From positions 3,906,001-3,970,000 of the forward strand of contig OZ316776.1 in the NCBI GenBank assembly GCA_973851085.1: DNA of 64,000 nt. Reading direction: 5' to 3'. The first letter of the stretch is position 1; each line of letters starts with the position of its first letter. This document shows positions 49,057 through 62,798 of the stretch, piece by piece. A program made the position numbers and the translations under genes. Origin of the DNA: Ptychomitrium polyphyllum (lineage: Eukaryota). The notes under the pieces were generated by a model that saw only the letters and a list, made by a program, of their open reading frames with translations, did not search any database and was not told the origin of the DNA.

Positions 49057-52000
49057 CTAATTCAATGTTCCTCTACACTCTGGAGTACCACAAAAGCAAG
49101 GGATCTTGTCATCGACTTCGTCACAATTGAATTTGTAATCATAGGTTACCTCCTCTCCAGCATAAATGTCCCTCTTTGCAAAGAAGACGACCTGTGACGT
49201 TGCCAGAAAGACTTCGAATTAAGAGACTCACAAAACCGCTTCTGACATGTAGATCCTTGCAAAGAAAGAGAAAACTAAGAATTATAAAAGCTGACTAAGA
49301 CTGCCAAACAAAGAAGAGAATAAAAGCTCATTTGCATACCTTTTTCAGATTTTCCACAGATATCACCTTCGCGACGCAATTAGGCTGCAAACGACCAAAT
49401 TAAGTTAGAAAAGAACAAACACCTCTTTAGACATACTGGAGACCCCACACCGTTAAATTTCTGTACCCCAAGGTCACGAAGAAGCACTGATGTCTTTAAA
49501 AAAAAAAGGGTAAATAGTTTAATTATCCTAAAAAGCCCTTAAGTACTTAAGTGTCAAATATAAACACTTTCATATGAAGGTTATTTATAGGTCGTTGATA
49601 AGTTTGGGCTCACTGCAAGGGTAGCATGTACTCCTCCACTGCTCCTCCAAAACTTCCAATTTGAATATGCAAAACTGGATTGATGACTTCCAGCATGAAG
49701 TAAGGAGTTTACCGAGCAGGAATGGTTTACAAAACGAGCAATGCCACCTTTACGAGTGGCATCAATAATCTGCTCCGTGTCTATTCTAAACAGATAGCAT
49801 GCACCCTGGTATTGTACACGCTTTCCAGAATGATACTCAGCTTCTCGCTTGTCTGCAACGCGTAGGCCGACTATCTCCCCTACGTATTCAACAACCTGAT
49901 ATCACAACAACCAGACGAGTACTTCAATACTGCAACCGATACAAAAGATAAGCACTCAACTAATTACTTGCGGAGTGCAATATCAAAAGACTCTTCATCC
50001 TGAACAAACAAATGGACCAAGTCAATGTATGCATGAACAAATCCAGAATGCGTTCCCAGAATTGGAGTCAGACTTGTCCTCCAAGATGCTATCCCAGGTC
50101 TCGGAACCAAATGGAGAACCAGCAACGGCGACTTACATTATAATTAAAAGTGTGCGTTTTCATTCAAGTACACAATACTCAGAAATAACCATGATTATAC
50201 ACCATCACAAACAGCCGAAGCCTTGTAGCAGCAAAGAACTGGCGCACAGATGTAGAACATCATCCTTGGGTGGACCGTTATACTACAATCACACTCTTAA
50301 AGTAGATAAACTTATGAGAGTATTAGAATCTTACCACTTCACCCTCTGCAATGAAATCTGTGGTATAAAGCCCTAGTGCATGAATTCCTGACTTGTATAC
50401 ACCAAGTTTCTTCCAACCTTTCTTTTGTTTGAAACGAAGATATTCCTGCAATTCACAACATAATCAGGAACTTTCTTTTAGGAATTTAAGTGCGTACTAA
50501 AAATAGTATTTCAGAACTTAGTCACCACAATTGAAAAGAACCATGAGTAGATGGCGTGCTTGGCACTCTGAATGCTCTACCGCTTCTGAATACTTAACAA
50601 TCTAACAAAACTGACATAATCAGATAGCAGATGACAAACTTACTCTTTGATCACTCATAGATGAATTAGCTGACTTGACCAATCGACGATTAAACAATTT
50701 ACGTTCATCGATCCGTAGCCATGCCGCAACTTGCTGAGGAGTCACAGCTGAGGATCCCTCCAATATCATCCGCTGTTGTGCCTTGGCTCGTTCTTCCAAA
50801 CTCAACCTTCCTTTATACCCCTACATAACAAGGTATAATTCAGCGGTTAGATTTTATATCATCAAAAACTGTACTCTAATAATTCTCGATCCTTCTCACG
50901 CCGAGGTCGGTGCATCTTCATGTGTCAGCACAAAAAAGGCACAGGCACAAACTTCAACTTACCTCGGTACGAGCACAAACTTCCCGAGTGCCAGAACAAG
51001 CTCCTTCCTTCGTCTCATCGTGCAACTCACTGCCACAATAATCGGCATGATTTTGGCATTTCCCAAAGAAGCCAACCTGATTGCTGCCATCCTGAACAGT
51101 TTCACTTTGCAACAAGCCCTGTATGACAAATTACAACAGATGCCCCACCAGTGAGATATTGAATATAATAACTCATGCACATGGTACTAAGAGAAATTAA
51201 ATACCATGTCTTTAACTCATACTCCAACAGGACGCGCTCCTAACCTCAATAACTTTAACTATTCTAGAGACTTGAGATGAAGAGGATTCAACACCTAACA
51301 TGAATGACGTCAATTACCAAATATTAAAACAATTACAACTTCTAAATGAGCACAGATACCGTCTGAAGCAAGTTACCTTCTCATGCGCACACCAGACGTG
51401 AAATGGAGTTGAACACTTTGGTACGCGACACTGTATGCAGGCACCACCTTTCCTCTTACATATGGAGCACAGCTGTCAACACCACAAACACCATCGCCTT
51501 GAGATTAACATAAGCCAAAACAACCCATATTCTGTCAAAATTACGTCGCAATAAACACGCACCCAGCCTATCCAGGTAATGCTAGCTGTCAAGAACCAAA
51601 ATCGTTACTCGCATTTGCTATCCCCATGCAAAACAAATTAATTATATCCAAATTAGAAAATAGTCTCCACAAGCCCACATAAACCAGAAACAAAGCAAAG
51701 AAAACATCCCGCTCGCCTAATTATACATCAGACCTACATAGTTCACTCCCATTTGTTTCACCTCGGATTCCCAACCCAGCAAGCACAGCTCACTAAAATG
51801 CACTCATAGAAAACAAGGACATTATAAACCACCATCATATCTCAGTAATTGTTTCCCAACCCAGAATACCCTCTCACTCACCGCCTTGCGTCGAGACACT
51901 GTCACCCCTGATACATCAAACACTCCCATTGTGCCCATGTTCAAACACCGCGTTCCAGGCATCCACAACGTGCACACCATGTGCGCCCACTGTTTAGCTC

Positions 52001-55000
52001 CGGCGTCCTTCATGATGCTCCCGACTGTATTGTTCCTTCTCCAATCCTCACGCTTCGTGCTGGCATTTGCACCCCTCTCAGCCTGCCTCACGACATTGCC
52101 ACCAATGCACCTGGGTTCCGGAATATCCTTCCGACAAACCTTGCAAACTGAACTCTCGTCTCTGGGTTCCTCGCAATTACACGACTCGCATTCCGTCACA
52201 TTCGTCTCCATGTTCTTTGCATGCATTCCTGTCGAACCACCAGCCGACCTCATCCTGGATAACTGAAAATTGTTTGTAGCTGACAAAAGGGTTTCATCCT
52301 CGTCGTTATCTGAATATGAATCACGACCGTTCTCCTTTTTCAGGTCCCGCCAGATTTGCAGCAACGCCTGGCAGAAAGGTCGAGCTTTCTGAACGCGTGT
52401 CATAGCTCCGCCACCATATCCGCATAGGACACATATCTGCATGCACCATATCGATTCAATCACCACCACTCTCAAATTCATCCTTGACCTACCGCAGACT
52501 AACCAAGCTCATCCAATCACTCATCTCGATAAAATCACAAAGAACTCAACAAATCACAGGAAAACATTGTACCAAGCACAGTTCTGAACATCAAATAGTC
52601 AGAAAACAAATCCAACTTCACCAGACTTTCACCAGCAGCAACTCCACCAGCAAGCACAACACAACATATCTATGCGCCATTCTAAGAGAAAGAGAAGTTA
52701 TCCACAGTAAAGCACACAATCCCAACAAAGATCAAAATCCTTACCGGACTCGCCGGATTGGACACTCTGAACTTGCAAGTACGACACATCCATGGTCCTT
52801 TCGGGATCTTCGGCACCCCATAACATGCTTGGTGGACCTGTGCATGCAACCCATACATATTAGTCAAGGTCACCCATCACGAACCGAAACATCTGTGTCA
52901 CGCAAAGAGAAACTCATACACGCAAACCAAATTACTCCCCACTCCACACTGCAAACTGCAACCGATCGCAGAACCTCGTCCAGGTAAAACACCGCTGCAC
53001 TTGTCGAGATGCAGGGTCACCACACAACATCCCATCTCCATATCAACTCTCACCTTCACTGGACACCGACCACAACACAAGAGTTTGTTGTAACTAGCTG
53101 AGCTGAACGTCCCACACACATCACATTTGCATTTTTCAGCTGGTCCCAATTGATTGCCTAGAACGCCTCCAACTGCTCTCTCTTTTCTCCAAGTTGAACT
53201 CCTAGCATTCACGGCCAACACCTGGAACTTCTCCTGCTTTTGTATCTTGGTACTAGCACCCAACGGATCCTCGACCACCGTTTTCATCTTCTTATGCTCT
53301 AAATATAACCCTCGACTTGAACTGTTAAAGATGAAGACAACATATCCGTACTCATCAAAATCACGTCTCATGATTGTCAAATGAAGACAAGTGAAAACAA
53401 GCCACGCACAAAATAGTCACCAAAACATTTTGCATGCTGCACATCTAAAACAACAGGACTCAAATACAGCCACGGGTAACGACTCAGGCACCACTGCATG
53501 ACAAGTCCATCCTCACAGAACTCTGCACCCCAAACCTACCTCTTCAACAGCTCACCACTTTCCATGGATCCGTCGATCTCGCTCACAATGGCCTCCTTAA
53601 CGTTTTTCAATGCAAGTACCACTCTCGGTCTCTTTGCACAGGACCTCGCCAAACTCAACTCTGATGTCCTCTTCAGCACCCCATTCCCTGTTACTCCTCC
53701 TTTCTCGTGTGCGTACGCTTGCCTTGCCTCCTGCTTCACAGCACCCAACTCTGCCATTCGCACTCCTCCATCAGGAGCTCTCGCGTCCTTCGTCTGGGAC
53801 CCCTCCCCAGCCACAAACCTTCTCTTCAGCTTGCTAGAACGCACCTGCTTCCTCGCGCAAAAACCTGGTGCACCAAAACCCTGCTGCAACCTCTCTTTGG
53901 AGATACTGCTGCCTGCTGCTGACCTCACTTGTGAGACCTGGCACACAAACGTCCCTGCCTTCTCAGTAGCCACCTTCTCTGCCTCCACTGCTGCCTTTGG
54001 TCTGTTCCCGGCCTCCCCTTGAACAGCTCCGCTCCGAGGCCACTCCACAACTTTCCTTCTGTTTGGACCTCCTGGCCTGGCTGACCTCTCTCCCCGAGGA
54101 AACGGGCACGATTTGGAGCCGACACTCCCAAGCCCTGCCACCAGTCTATCAGTTTGCACTGCTGCAGAAGCTGTCGCCTGTTTGCAAGCTCTAGAAACTG
54201 CCACATCCTCGTCCTCTACAAACTCGAATACCGAGGCACCTGGCCCATCCACATCATTTTTGCCAGTCAACTCCAACAGGCTTCGGATTTTCCGACTCTG
54301 TGCATCTTCTTTCTTCTGAACTTTTCTCGCCCGACCTTCGCCCTTCCATGGTACTCCCATTCCCATAGCAGGACTGCTCCGTTCCTTTAGCTCTTCCACA
54401 TGACCGCCTGTAACACTATCAGACCCTACATGTGCATCTATTCTCTTGTGCATTGTACCTTCTTTTCTCGATCTCGCAACGCCATCTCTCAGTTTCTGCA
54501 CAGGCGCCCACCTTTCCACTCCTCCAGGAGCCGGGCTTGCTTCTGTCGGCTGGTTCAGAATCGCGCTCAACGACACCATCCGCCCGTTTCGTGGGCTCGG
54601 TCCAGCCAATGGCGTCCTCGGACTGCGAATGCTCTTCGTCACAAAACTTGGCAACGCTATTGGGCAAGCATCGCCGGCTTGCATCGAACCTGAACCTAAT
54701 CCAGGGCCACTACCGCCCAACGGTTTCATTGGACGCCCTACTGTTCTCGGCGCCATCAACTTTACTGCCTCAGACTCTCTCCTGCCATCCCCAATGCCTG
54801 GACGACCCTCCTCACCTGCACCTGATCTCCAATCTCTTGTGCCACTTTTCAGCTGCGACTTTGTCCGGATCCCTTTCTTCGCCTTCTGCCGGTTCACACC
54901 TTGAGGAACTCGGATTACGAGAGTCCCTGCCTTCTTCTTTGAATCCTCACTTAAATCCAAATTCGCCGCCTCCAAGTTTTCCTCTGTCACATTTGTCGCC

Positions 55001-58000
55001 TTTACTTCCTGGTGCCGTCGAGGTATCAACAGCTTTCGCCGCTTAGAAGGAGCTACCATCTCTCCGCTCAATGCTCTAAACTCTCGCTTCGGAGCATCTG
55101 GTCTCGTGACCACCTCCTGCACCTTTGATCCAAGTCCCGCATCCTCAGAGGTCACCTGAGGCTCGGCTTCCTGCCCAAACGAACTAGCAGGGCTGCCTTC
55201 CCTGGCATCTCCGCCATCCGCCCCCGACCCCAGCCACTTCCATTTCATGTTGCGTCTCTGCTTTCTCTCCAATTTGCCTGCCATCACAAGAGTGGGTCAG
55301 TGTGCGTTACATTCTCAATTGGCAACCAACCCAATAAAACTTGCACTTGCGACAGTCCTCAAGAAACAAGCAAATTATATAAGAACTGCTACTCACCTGT
55401 GCTTGCCACTGGCACTGCTTCCAATTCACAGTCGTCAATCTCCTTGCTACCCCTCATTACACCTCTCTTCACCACCAACCTCTTTCCCATGTTGCTGGAT
55501 GAAGGGCAGCCCAACGATGATGGAGATCCTACCACCTTGCTGGGGTCCTCCAACGCCGAAAAAATATTCGGATTCCTGCCCACTCCCATATCCGCATCAT
55601 CTGACGAACAGCACTTCCCTATCCCCGACCCTTCATCCACCACACCAGGAACGCTTGTTGTTCCCGAGACTTGCACCACCACAGGGCCTTTGGTGTCATT
55701 CACAGCACAATCTCCGTTTGAAAGTCCACTTGAAAGATTCTCTGAACTGTTGGAACAAACGCCAACCTTTGGAATGGCCTCACCTCTCTGTGGACTTCCT
55801 CTCCCTGCTGTTGTCCCCTTAGCAGCAGTATCCGATAACACGTCTTCGTTCTCAGGGATCACTTCGTCGCATTCTGCACCCACCTCCACCCGTTTCACAT
55901 CCACCTTTTCCACATCTTCTTGTCTAGGTTCCCACGCCAAGGCCTCACCACTGGACTCCACAATACGCTTTCTAACCTCCTCTACCTCCATCTCCACCTC
56001 TGCCATTGTGCTTAGATGTTCAATGTGAGTGCGGTCTTCCACAGCATTTTGCTGACCTTCGCCTAATGGAAATTTCCTTGCAGCCTCCATTGAGCTTGCA
56101 AGTCCGGCCTTTTCCTTCAAGCAAACTTGTCCCGCGAGCCTGAACAACATCCACAACACATAATCAGATGCACAACCTTACTTTCCTCTAAAAAGAACAC
56201 TACTTTTACACTCAACAACAAACAACATATTGTAACCTGGGAGTTCACATCAAGCACCGCTTCGCCACCACTGCGCACTACAAACAACCAGGCTATCAAC
56301 AACTTCAACCCACACACTGTAACTGCCACTCACCTTGGCACAGCTTGCCCTCTCACCGAGGGGCTCGCCTTCCTACATTTCAAACAGCTGCACTGTATGT
56401 CCCCTCCACTCAAAGTCGCAACTTCCACGCCCTCCTGCACGCTCATAGGCTCCGTTTCCACACCTCTTATAACCCTCCCAGCCAATTCTGCAACACACTT
56501 CCAACAACGTTAGACCATCACCATGGCTGAATGTAACGTTGGGCAAACTCAATTACGAGACACATTATCCAAGTTATGGTCCTGCCAGAACCATATCTCC
56601 AGCAGCACACTGAACTTAGCAACCCCGCCCACACCACATGAGTGCAAACACGACCTGCAAGGGGCTGAATTTGCAAATTCGTGTGCTCCCCTTCATTGCC
56701 CTTGCTGTTGGCCCGACCTTGACTTAACCTGCTCGGAATCAATGCATCATGCACCCTCGATTCAAATCCAGGCTTCACCATGCTATCTGTTTCAGGACCA
56801 CCCTGCAACAGTCCTCCCCCATGCCTACCGTTCACTGTTCCTTGTTGCTCCTCGCTTTGCCACTCTCTTCCATTTCGATCAATCATCAAATTCTGTCGCT
56901 CCAGTTTCCGTTCAGAACCTGATCCTCTTCCACTGCAACCTTCCAGCATGGGTCTGTGCACAGGATGCTGCTTCAGGAACGGCGTCCCTGGCTCTTGCAT
57001 CTGGCTTGCACGGCTCAGATCTGGCTCCAGCCTGGAGCCCTTCGCACCATCCACGCCCATTCTAGAACCCAGCTCGGAATCGTTCTGAGCCTGCTTCCTC
57101 ACCAAAAACTCCGGAAAGGTCGCACGCCCGCCCACAAAAGGCCGTCCAAACACATCCAAGTCACTGGACAAGCCCTCCACACCCACATGACTGCTTGAAC
57201 CGCCAGTGGACTGCGGCACTGGACCTTGCAGCCCCATTGCTCGGTATGTGAACGATGACTGGATGGCTGTTTCCAGAAGCCTTTGTCCCGTCTTGTTGCT
57301 TAGCTGCACCAACGCCCCTGAACTCAATGAATCCAACGTCGTCCCATTCTCCAGAGTCACGCTCCGAGATGGGCCTGTGTGGGGAAACAACTTCGCCGCC
57401 AACTTCTCTGACCCTGTCTGCTCGCTCCGCAACTGACAATCTCCACTTCTACCCGACATGTTCGACTGATGGAAGGAATCCAGAGCCATCAGCTTCTGTT
57501 GAAGCTCTGACATGCGAGGTTCCGGTTTGTACCCAGCTTGTGAAGAATGTGACATCTGCCTGGGACTCTGAGTTGCACTAGGATAACCTGATCCACGCTC
57601 GTCTCCCCGCCTCCCTACACCGCAACTATCCACACGATCTCCACTTCCATGGACCGACTGTAGTGCACCATGCTGGTCTCTCACCTGACCAGGAATGCCA
57701 GAAAACTTGGGCAGATTTGCTGGATTGAACTGTTGTACGTTGTGTTGCAACTTTCCGTCCCACACTGTCAAACCAACACCCACATTAACACATCGGTCCA
57801 GAACAACCCACTGGTCTTCAATAAAACAAACCCCCAAAATGCATGGAAGTATCTGAAACCCATTCACCAGACACTCTGCCCAGATCGACACAATTCAGCT
57901 GACCACTAAGAAAATCACGCAAATCTGATGATCCATTAAGCGTCAAGACCAACAACCTTTGTTCATGACTTGCTCAAACAAATAAGACTTCGGGTGCTCC

Positions 58001-61000
58001 ACGCTCGATGTTGCCATGGATGAAAACGAGGCATTGGCCGCTTGCGTTTGCTGAGATGGCTGCCCCAACCGTAGTTCAAAACTTGACGCAATGTCGTTCT
58101 CTATTATGCAAGATTTCTGCCCCTCGCTCAATCTGCTCGCCGCATGGTTTACCCCTTTCCCGCTCCTCGAACCACTGCTCACCTGCTGTCCCGCCCACAA
58201 GTACCGCTGACCTCCATCATTAATGAAGTTGTGTCCGTTGCTCACAGCTACCTGGCCCGAATGCGATATACTCTGAAATGTGCCGGCCCCCATGTTCCCC
58301 TGACCCCGAGAGAGGCTCTCATGTGTGGACGCTGAGTAGAACTGACCCAACATTGGGGACCCCAGATCTGACGCCATGCTCGCACCTCTGTACGATTGCG
58401 ATTGCCCATAGCTCTTCAACATTGCCTCTCTTGTATCCGCCATGCTGCCATTTCCTGTATTCAATGAACCATACTTTGTATTCGAGATGGACTCCGTGGC
58501 ATGCAGGGTCGAAGCATTTGCGTTAGTTATGGACGCATCCCACATCTGTGTCGTTCTGCTCTTCATCACTGGAGTACTCCCGCCGCACGACACGTTCACT
58601 TGTTTCTGCCAGCTCTGGGTCACCACCGCTTTATGCTTCCCGTTTCCATGCCCTGCCTCCACAGAACCAACAGCGTCAAGCCACTCCCAACCCACGTTGT
58701 CCTCCGGAACCTTCACCTGCCACCCAAAACGATGTCATGTCAGCACAACCAAACAACCCTGCCACCCCTTCGAGCGCCAACACACAAACCAGATGACTCC
58801 ATGTGACTGGAGCACTTCTAGACGCCTTTTTACGAACACACAAGCGTATCCAACACACACACCAGTATCCACGTTTCTGATCCCGGTGCTTACCCCATAC
58901 TGTAAGAAAAACGACTTCCGCCATTGCACCAGAGTTTCGCCTGCATCCGTGAATACCACCTCGCCAGGATTTGCAGCATTGAGTCCAGAATGCTGTCAAT
59001 AACCGCAATACAAGATTCCATTGTCATTGGCAATTTGCAAATCGATCCAACTTGGATACTTCCACATCCACTACCCATCCAAGACTCATCATGCCAAGGA
59101 AAAACCAACACCGACGGTGCAGGAATATCAAGATGTACATAACTACATGTATTGCCCTAGCAGCAAAAGAACGACATCCATTCAAGCATGATTCACGACG
59201 TCCCATGTCAACAAGTCGGGTATGCTCACAGCGATTCCTATTTCATCAAAATACCTGGGTGAACTTCGCCACCGACATATGCTGACTGTGGCAGGTGCAA
59301 GTCACGCCCAAACGCCCGGCATCCGTCAACCCCAGTTGCCCAGCTGCCAAAACAAATGACACTTGTCAGGTTGCAACTCCTTCACAGCGAATGTTTCACA
59401 CTCAATCACCATGCTACGTATCAAAGTCAAAAACCCCGCCCTGATACCGCCTGCAAGAGGAATGCTACCACAACCGTGACCATTGCATACAGTGTCAAGA
59501 CATCATGCGAACAAAACGAACCACAGCTCATGATCAAAGTCAAAAGATGAGCCTCCACTCAGCCGATGCCTGAACCTCAAGCGTACTAAATCGGCTCCTG
59601 TCTGCAAGAGACAACCATCTCCATGATATGATCTGACGGAGGCACAACAGAAGGGCACGGTCTAAACTCCCCAATGCATATCTATTGTGGAAAGAGTGAA
59701 GCAGGCCTCTTTCAAGACACTCACCAGCAGGCACCCCAACGTAGCTGATACAATAAACTCGAAGCCCTCCAGACGAAGTTGGCGCAGGGACCGACTGGAC
59801 CTGGTTTAGCAAACCAGACCCCATGTTCAATGCGCTTGAAACACCTTTGCCCAGCTCGCTGTTGGTCGAAAACAAAGCTGACGCTTGAACACTCTGCTGT
59901 CGCTGCCGTTGCCTCGCCGGCTCCGTACCCCACTGTTGGGAAGGAAGATTCCAATTCCCGTCTAACCCCAGCTCCTGTGCTCCCCTGCTAAAACTCAAGC
60001 TGTGCGTCAAAAGGTCTGCGCCTCCTGCCCTTGACACATTCACAGGGTAACTATCTTGGCTTCTTCCGCCACTCATGCCACTAAAGTCCCTACCTTGTCC
60101 AAGAGATACATCTGCCCCCGTACTCGACTTTGCACTCCCATCCACACGATTTGCTTGTGACGGAATAGACGGACTTTGCATAGGCCACCCACCATAGCCA
60201 CCGAAGTCTGGCAGATTCATCGAACTCAACTGAGAAAGGGGAGCAGCGTAAGGTGATCGGCCACTAATGGACGGAGGGTAACTCGACCTGGCTACATGCT
60301 GCTGAGATCCCGAAACCATGGCTAGCAGCTCCGACCTCAGCTTGTCTGGATGAAGTCCCTGGGAACCATAATTCATCATATTTGGAACCACCGGCTCCTG
60401 CCTGAAGGTTCGCTCAATAACGCACACCTCCTTTGCCATGTAGGGCTGGGACATCTGTCCTGCGTCCATGTTGAACTGAGACACACACAACCAATATCAC
60501 GGAGAATGTCAACACCTGTACAGCAGTCCCCAAAACACCTGAAAGCAATGATATTAGCTGCATTTATAATGAAGTAACTGCACACTGCCAGGCTCCAAGA
60601 TTGTGCATTCCATGTCGATTCGTGTCAAGACCATCCATGAACATTATTCGCACAAATCTACGTTGAGCTCGTTCTTATGATGGCTTCACGTTCATCGTTG
60701 TACTACCTGCTTCACTTTACTAACAATCTGCAAGGGACATGCGTCACACATATCGCTCTGGATTTGTGGTCGCAAGTGGCTGCGCTAACACGTCTGATCA
60801 GATGAATCAACTGCGGAATGATCAAGAGTGAAGCTGCATTCTGCTGGTCAGAGAGCTATGCTGGGCATGGCGGACTTATTGACAAGAGCCTTGCTTGTCT
60901 GAGTTACTGAAATTGCTCTCACTTTACGTCCTACAAACTCTCAAGTGGCTGTGTTGTGTGCTATTTGTTTGACAGCTTACATGCAAGGGTACCTGTTCGA

Positions 61001-61349
61001 GGGCCTCCGTCTGTTAAACCCTAACAGCAGCAATTTATAAGTCGTTTCCACTTTGCATCACCCCCTACCTTGTCAACCCTACGATTACGAACGATTAAAA
61101 CGTGGATGGAGCCAGAGGTCCATAGTTATACACTTCCGAAAAGATGGGTAAAAAGATTCGAACAAACGTTTTCACAGACGCTGCGCACAGACACTGACAG
61201 CTTCTTATCATAACCCGAGAAGCAGTTCCTCTTTGATCATCAAAAATCTCTTTCGAAATGTAGGTTACCTGATTCGTTGCAGATGGCCCTGGCTGCGCGG
61301 ATGACTTCATTGAGGATGCCCTCATGTTCCACATTTCCTCCATGGTCAT
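49057..61349 (-). CDS. Large trithorax-type histone-lysine N-methyltransferase: N-terminal Tify-binding/ULT-like Cys/His domain, long disordered region, PHD + extended PHD, SET and post-SET; 19 coding exons, ~2,447 aa
   Basis: Exons (minus) 61349-61269, 60475-59725, 59343-59255, 58992-58894, 58716-57957, 57764-56655, 56487-56334, 56139-55397, 55277-53540, 53321-53054, 52837-52745, 52436-51882, 51472-51377, 51118-50963, 50820-50644, 50445-50335, 49895-49713, 49384-49340, 49191-49057; 7,344 nt in frame. PHD CDVC...CGRC...VHQACYG...WMCRTC; ePHD CVLC...WAHMVC...CSIC...CIQC...[19 protein letters not shown]...VEYVGE...[20 protein letters not shown]...GEEVTYDY; post-[16 protein letters not shown]. 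Confidence 0.9.
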
Positions 61350-62684
61350 CGCCGAGCTTCAAATGCCCCGACTTAAATCATCGCCTTCTCTCTGAAACGG
61401 CAAACAAGAAAATGAGACTCGCATTCACTCGGCAGTCTCCTACATGCAAAGTCCACTCACACAACACAACACATGCGCAGATTTCGTCGTCGCAGCCAGA
61501 ATATGAGCAGAGTATGAAGCCTCTGTTCAATCGACCTAAAAGACTCTCGTCACAACTGCACTCTTCCTTCCTTCTCCCCGATGACCCTGGCAACAAATTA
61601 TCACCACTACAAACCTGATTGCCCCTCCCTAATGGTAATGCACTGTCTATATCCATACTCACACACTGGCACCCGATAAGGTCACAAAACCCACACTCTC
61701 TCGCTTTCAGAACCGCAATGTCCGTCCCCAGCGCCAATTACGTCCCTTGACATGCTTCTTGTCGAGAAAAAGAGACAACCGGACCTAAAAAGATGAAAAA
61801 TAACACACTGCAGAACCACAACGGTCTCAAGCTGCAGTTTACAGCTGTACCACTGTACCAATTGTAAAAGGTAGGCTATGTGCATCCGCGTTAAGAATCG
61901 TACCCTTTCCTGCCAACAAAGCCTCGCCTTTTCACATGAAAATCTCGAGCACTACACCTCCCGAAACGAACAACGAATTGGAACAACAATGATAATAATG
62001 ATGATGATGATGGTAATAAAATGCACGAACGGGCTGGAAAACAACAACAACCAGTATCCACCCTGCTCACATCCAAACTTAACGCCGCCAATCCACGATG
62101 CACACCCACCGGAATTCCTTGTACGAAAAAGATCAAGAGATCCCCCTCACACACTCTGATCCCTACCTCACAGAACCCCCCGACTCATTCCGGAAGAAAC
62201 CCACCTGAAATCACAAGATCCTCTCCAGGACCCACTACCACGGATAGCCCCTCCGCTCGTCCTCTCCCAGAGCTTCAAGTCCAATCCCACTACCTTCCCT
62301 CCTGCTCTGCTCTGAAGAACTCCACAACCAATTCTACTCCCTCCAACCCAGAAAGCCCTACACTACTACACAGCCCTCGAAACTCCCCCACTCATCGTGA
62401 CCAGCACCGACAGCGACCTCCGCGTGGAAATCCCGAGGAATCGTCACCTCCCATAACCCCACAAACTTCCCCTGTTCCTCCCATCCCCTCACCTTACACC
62501 CTAGCCCTCAACTCAAGCAGGCACCCTTGGAGCTCCCATTAACGGCATTCGCACAAATGGCTCCAAGCTCACAGAAGCTGCAACACCGCTGCAGGATGAA
62601 GAAGAGCTTCCCCATGGCTCACTCATCGCCCTCGCTTCAACTGAATTCCCCTTAACGCTCTTGTGCTTCCTCCCCATCGTTCCA

Positions 62685-62798
62685 TCTTCCCTTCTCTCCC
62701 GCTCCCTCTCTCTCTCTCTCCCTCTCTCTCTCTCCCTCTCTCTCTCTCCCCCTCTCGCTCTCTCTCTCTCGCTCGCTTGTCCTCTCTTTCTCGCTCTC
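62685..62798. repeat. CT/GA-rich tract at the probable transcription start region of the SET gene
   Basis: Imperfect (CT)n array, GA-rich on the minus (coding) strand. Confidence 0.8.

Noticed and set aside
53498..59002. Plus-strand ORFs of 100-240 aa
   Set aside because: Antisense shadows of the large exons of the SET gene.
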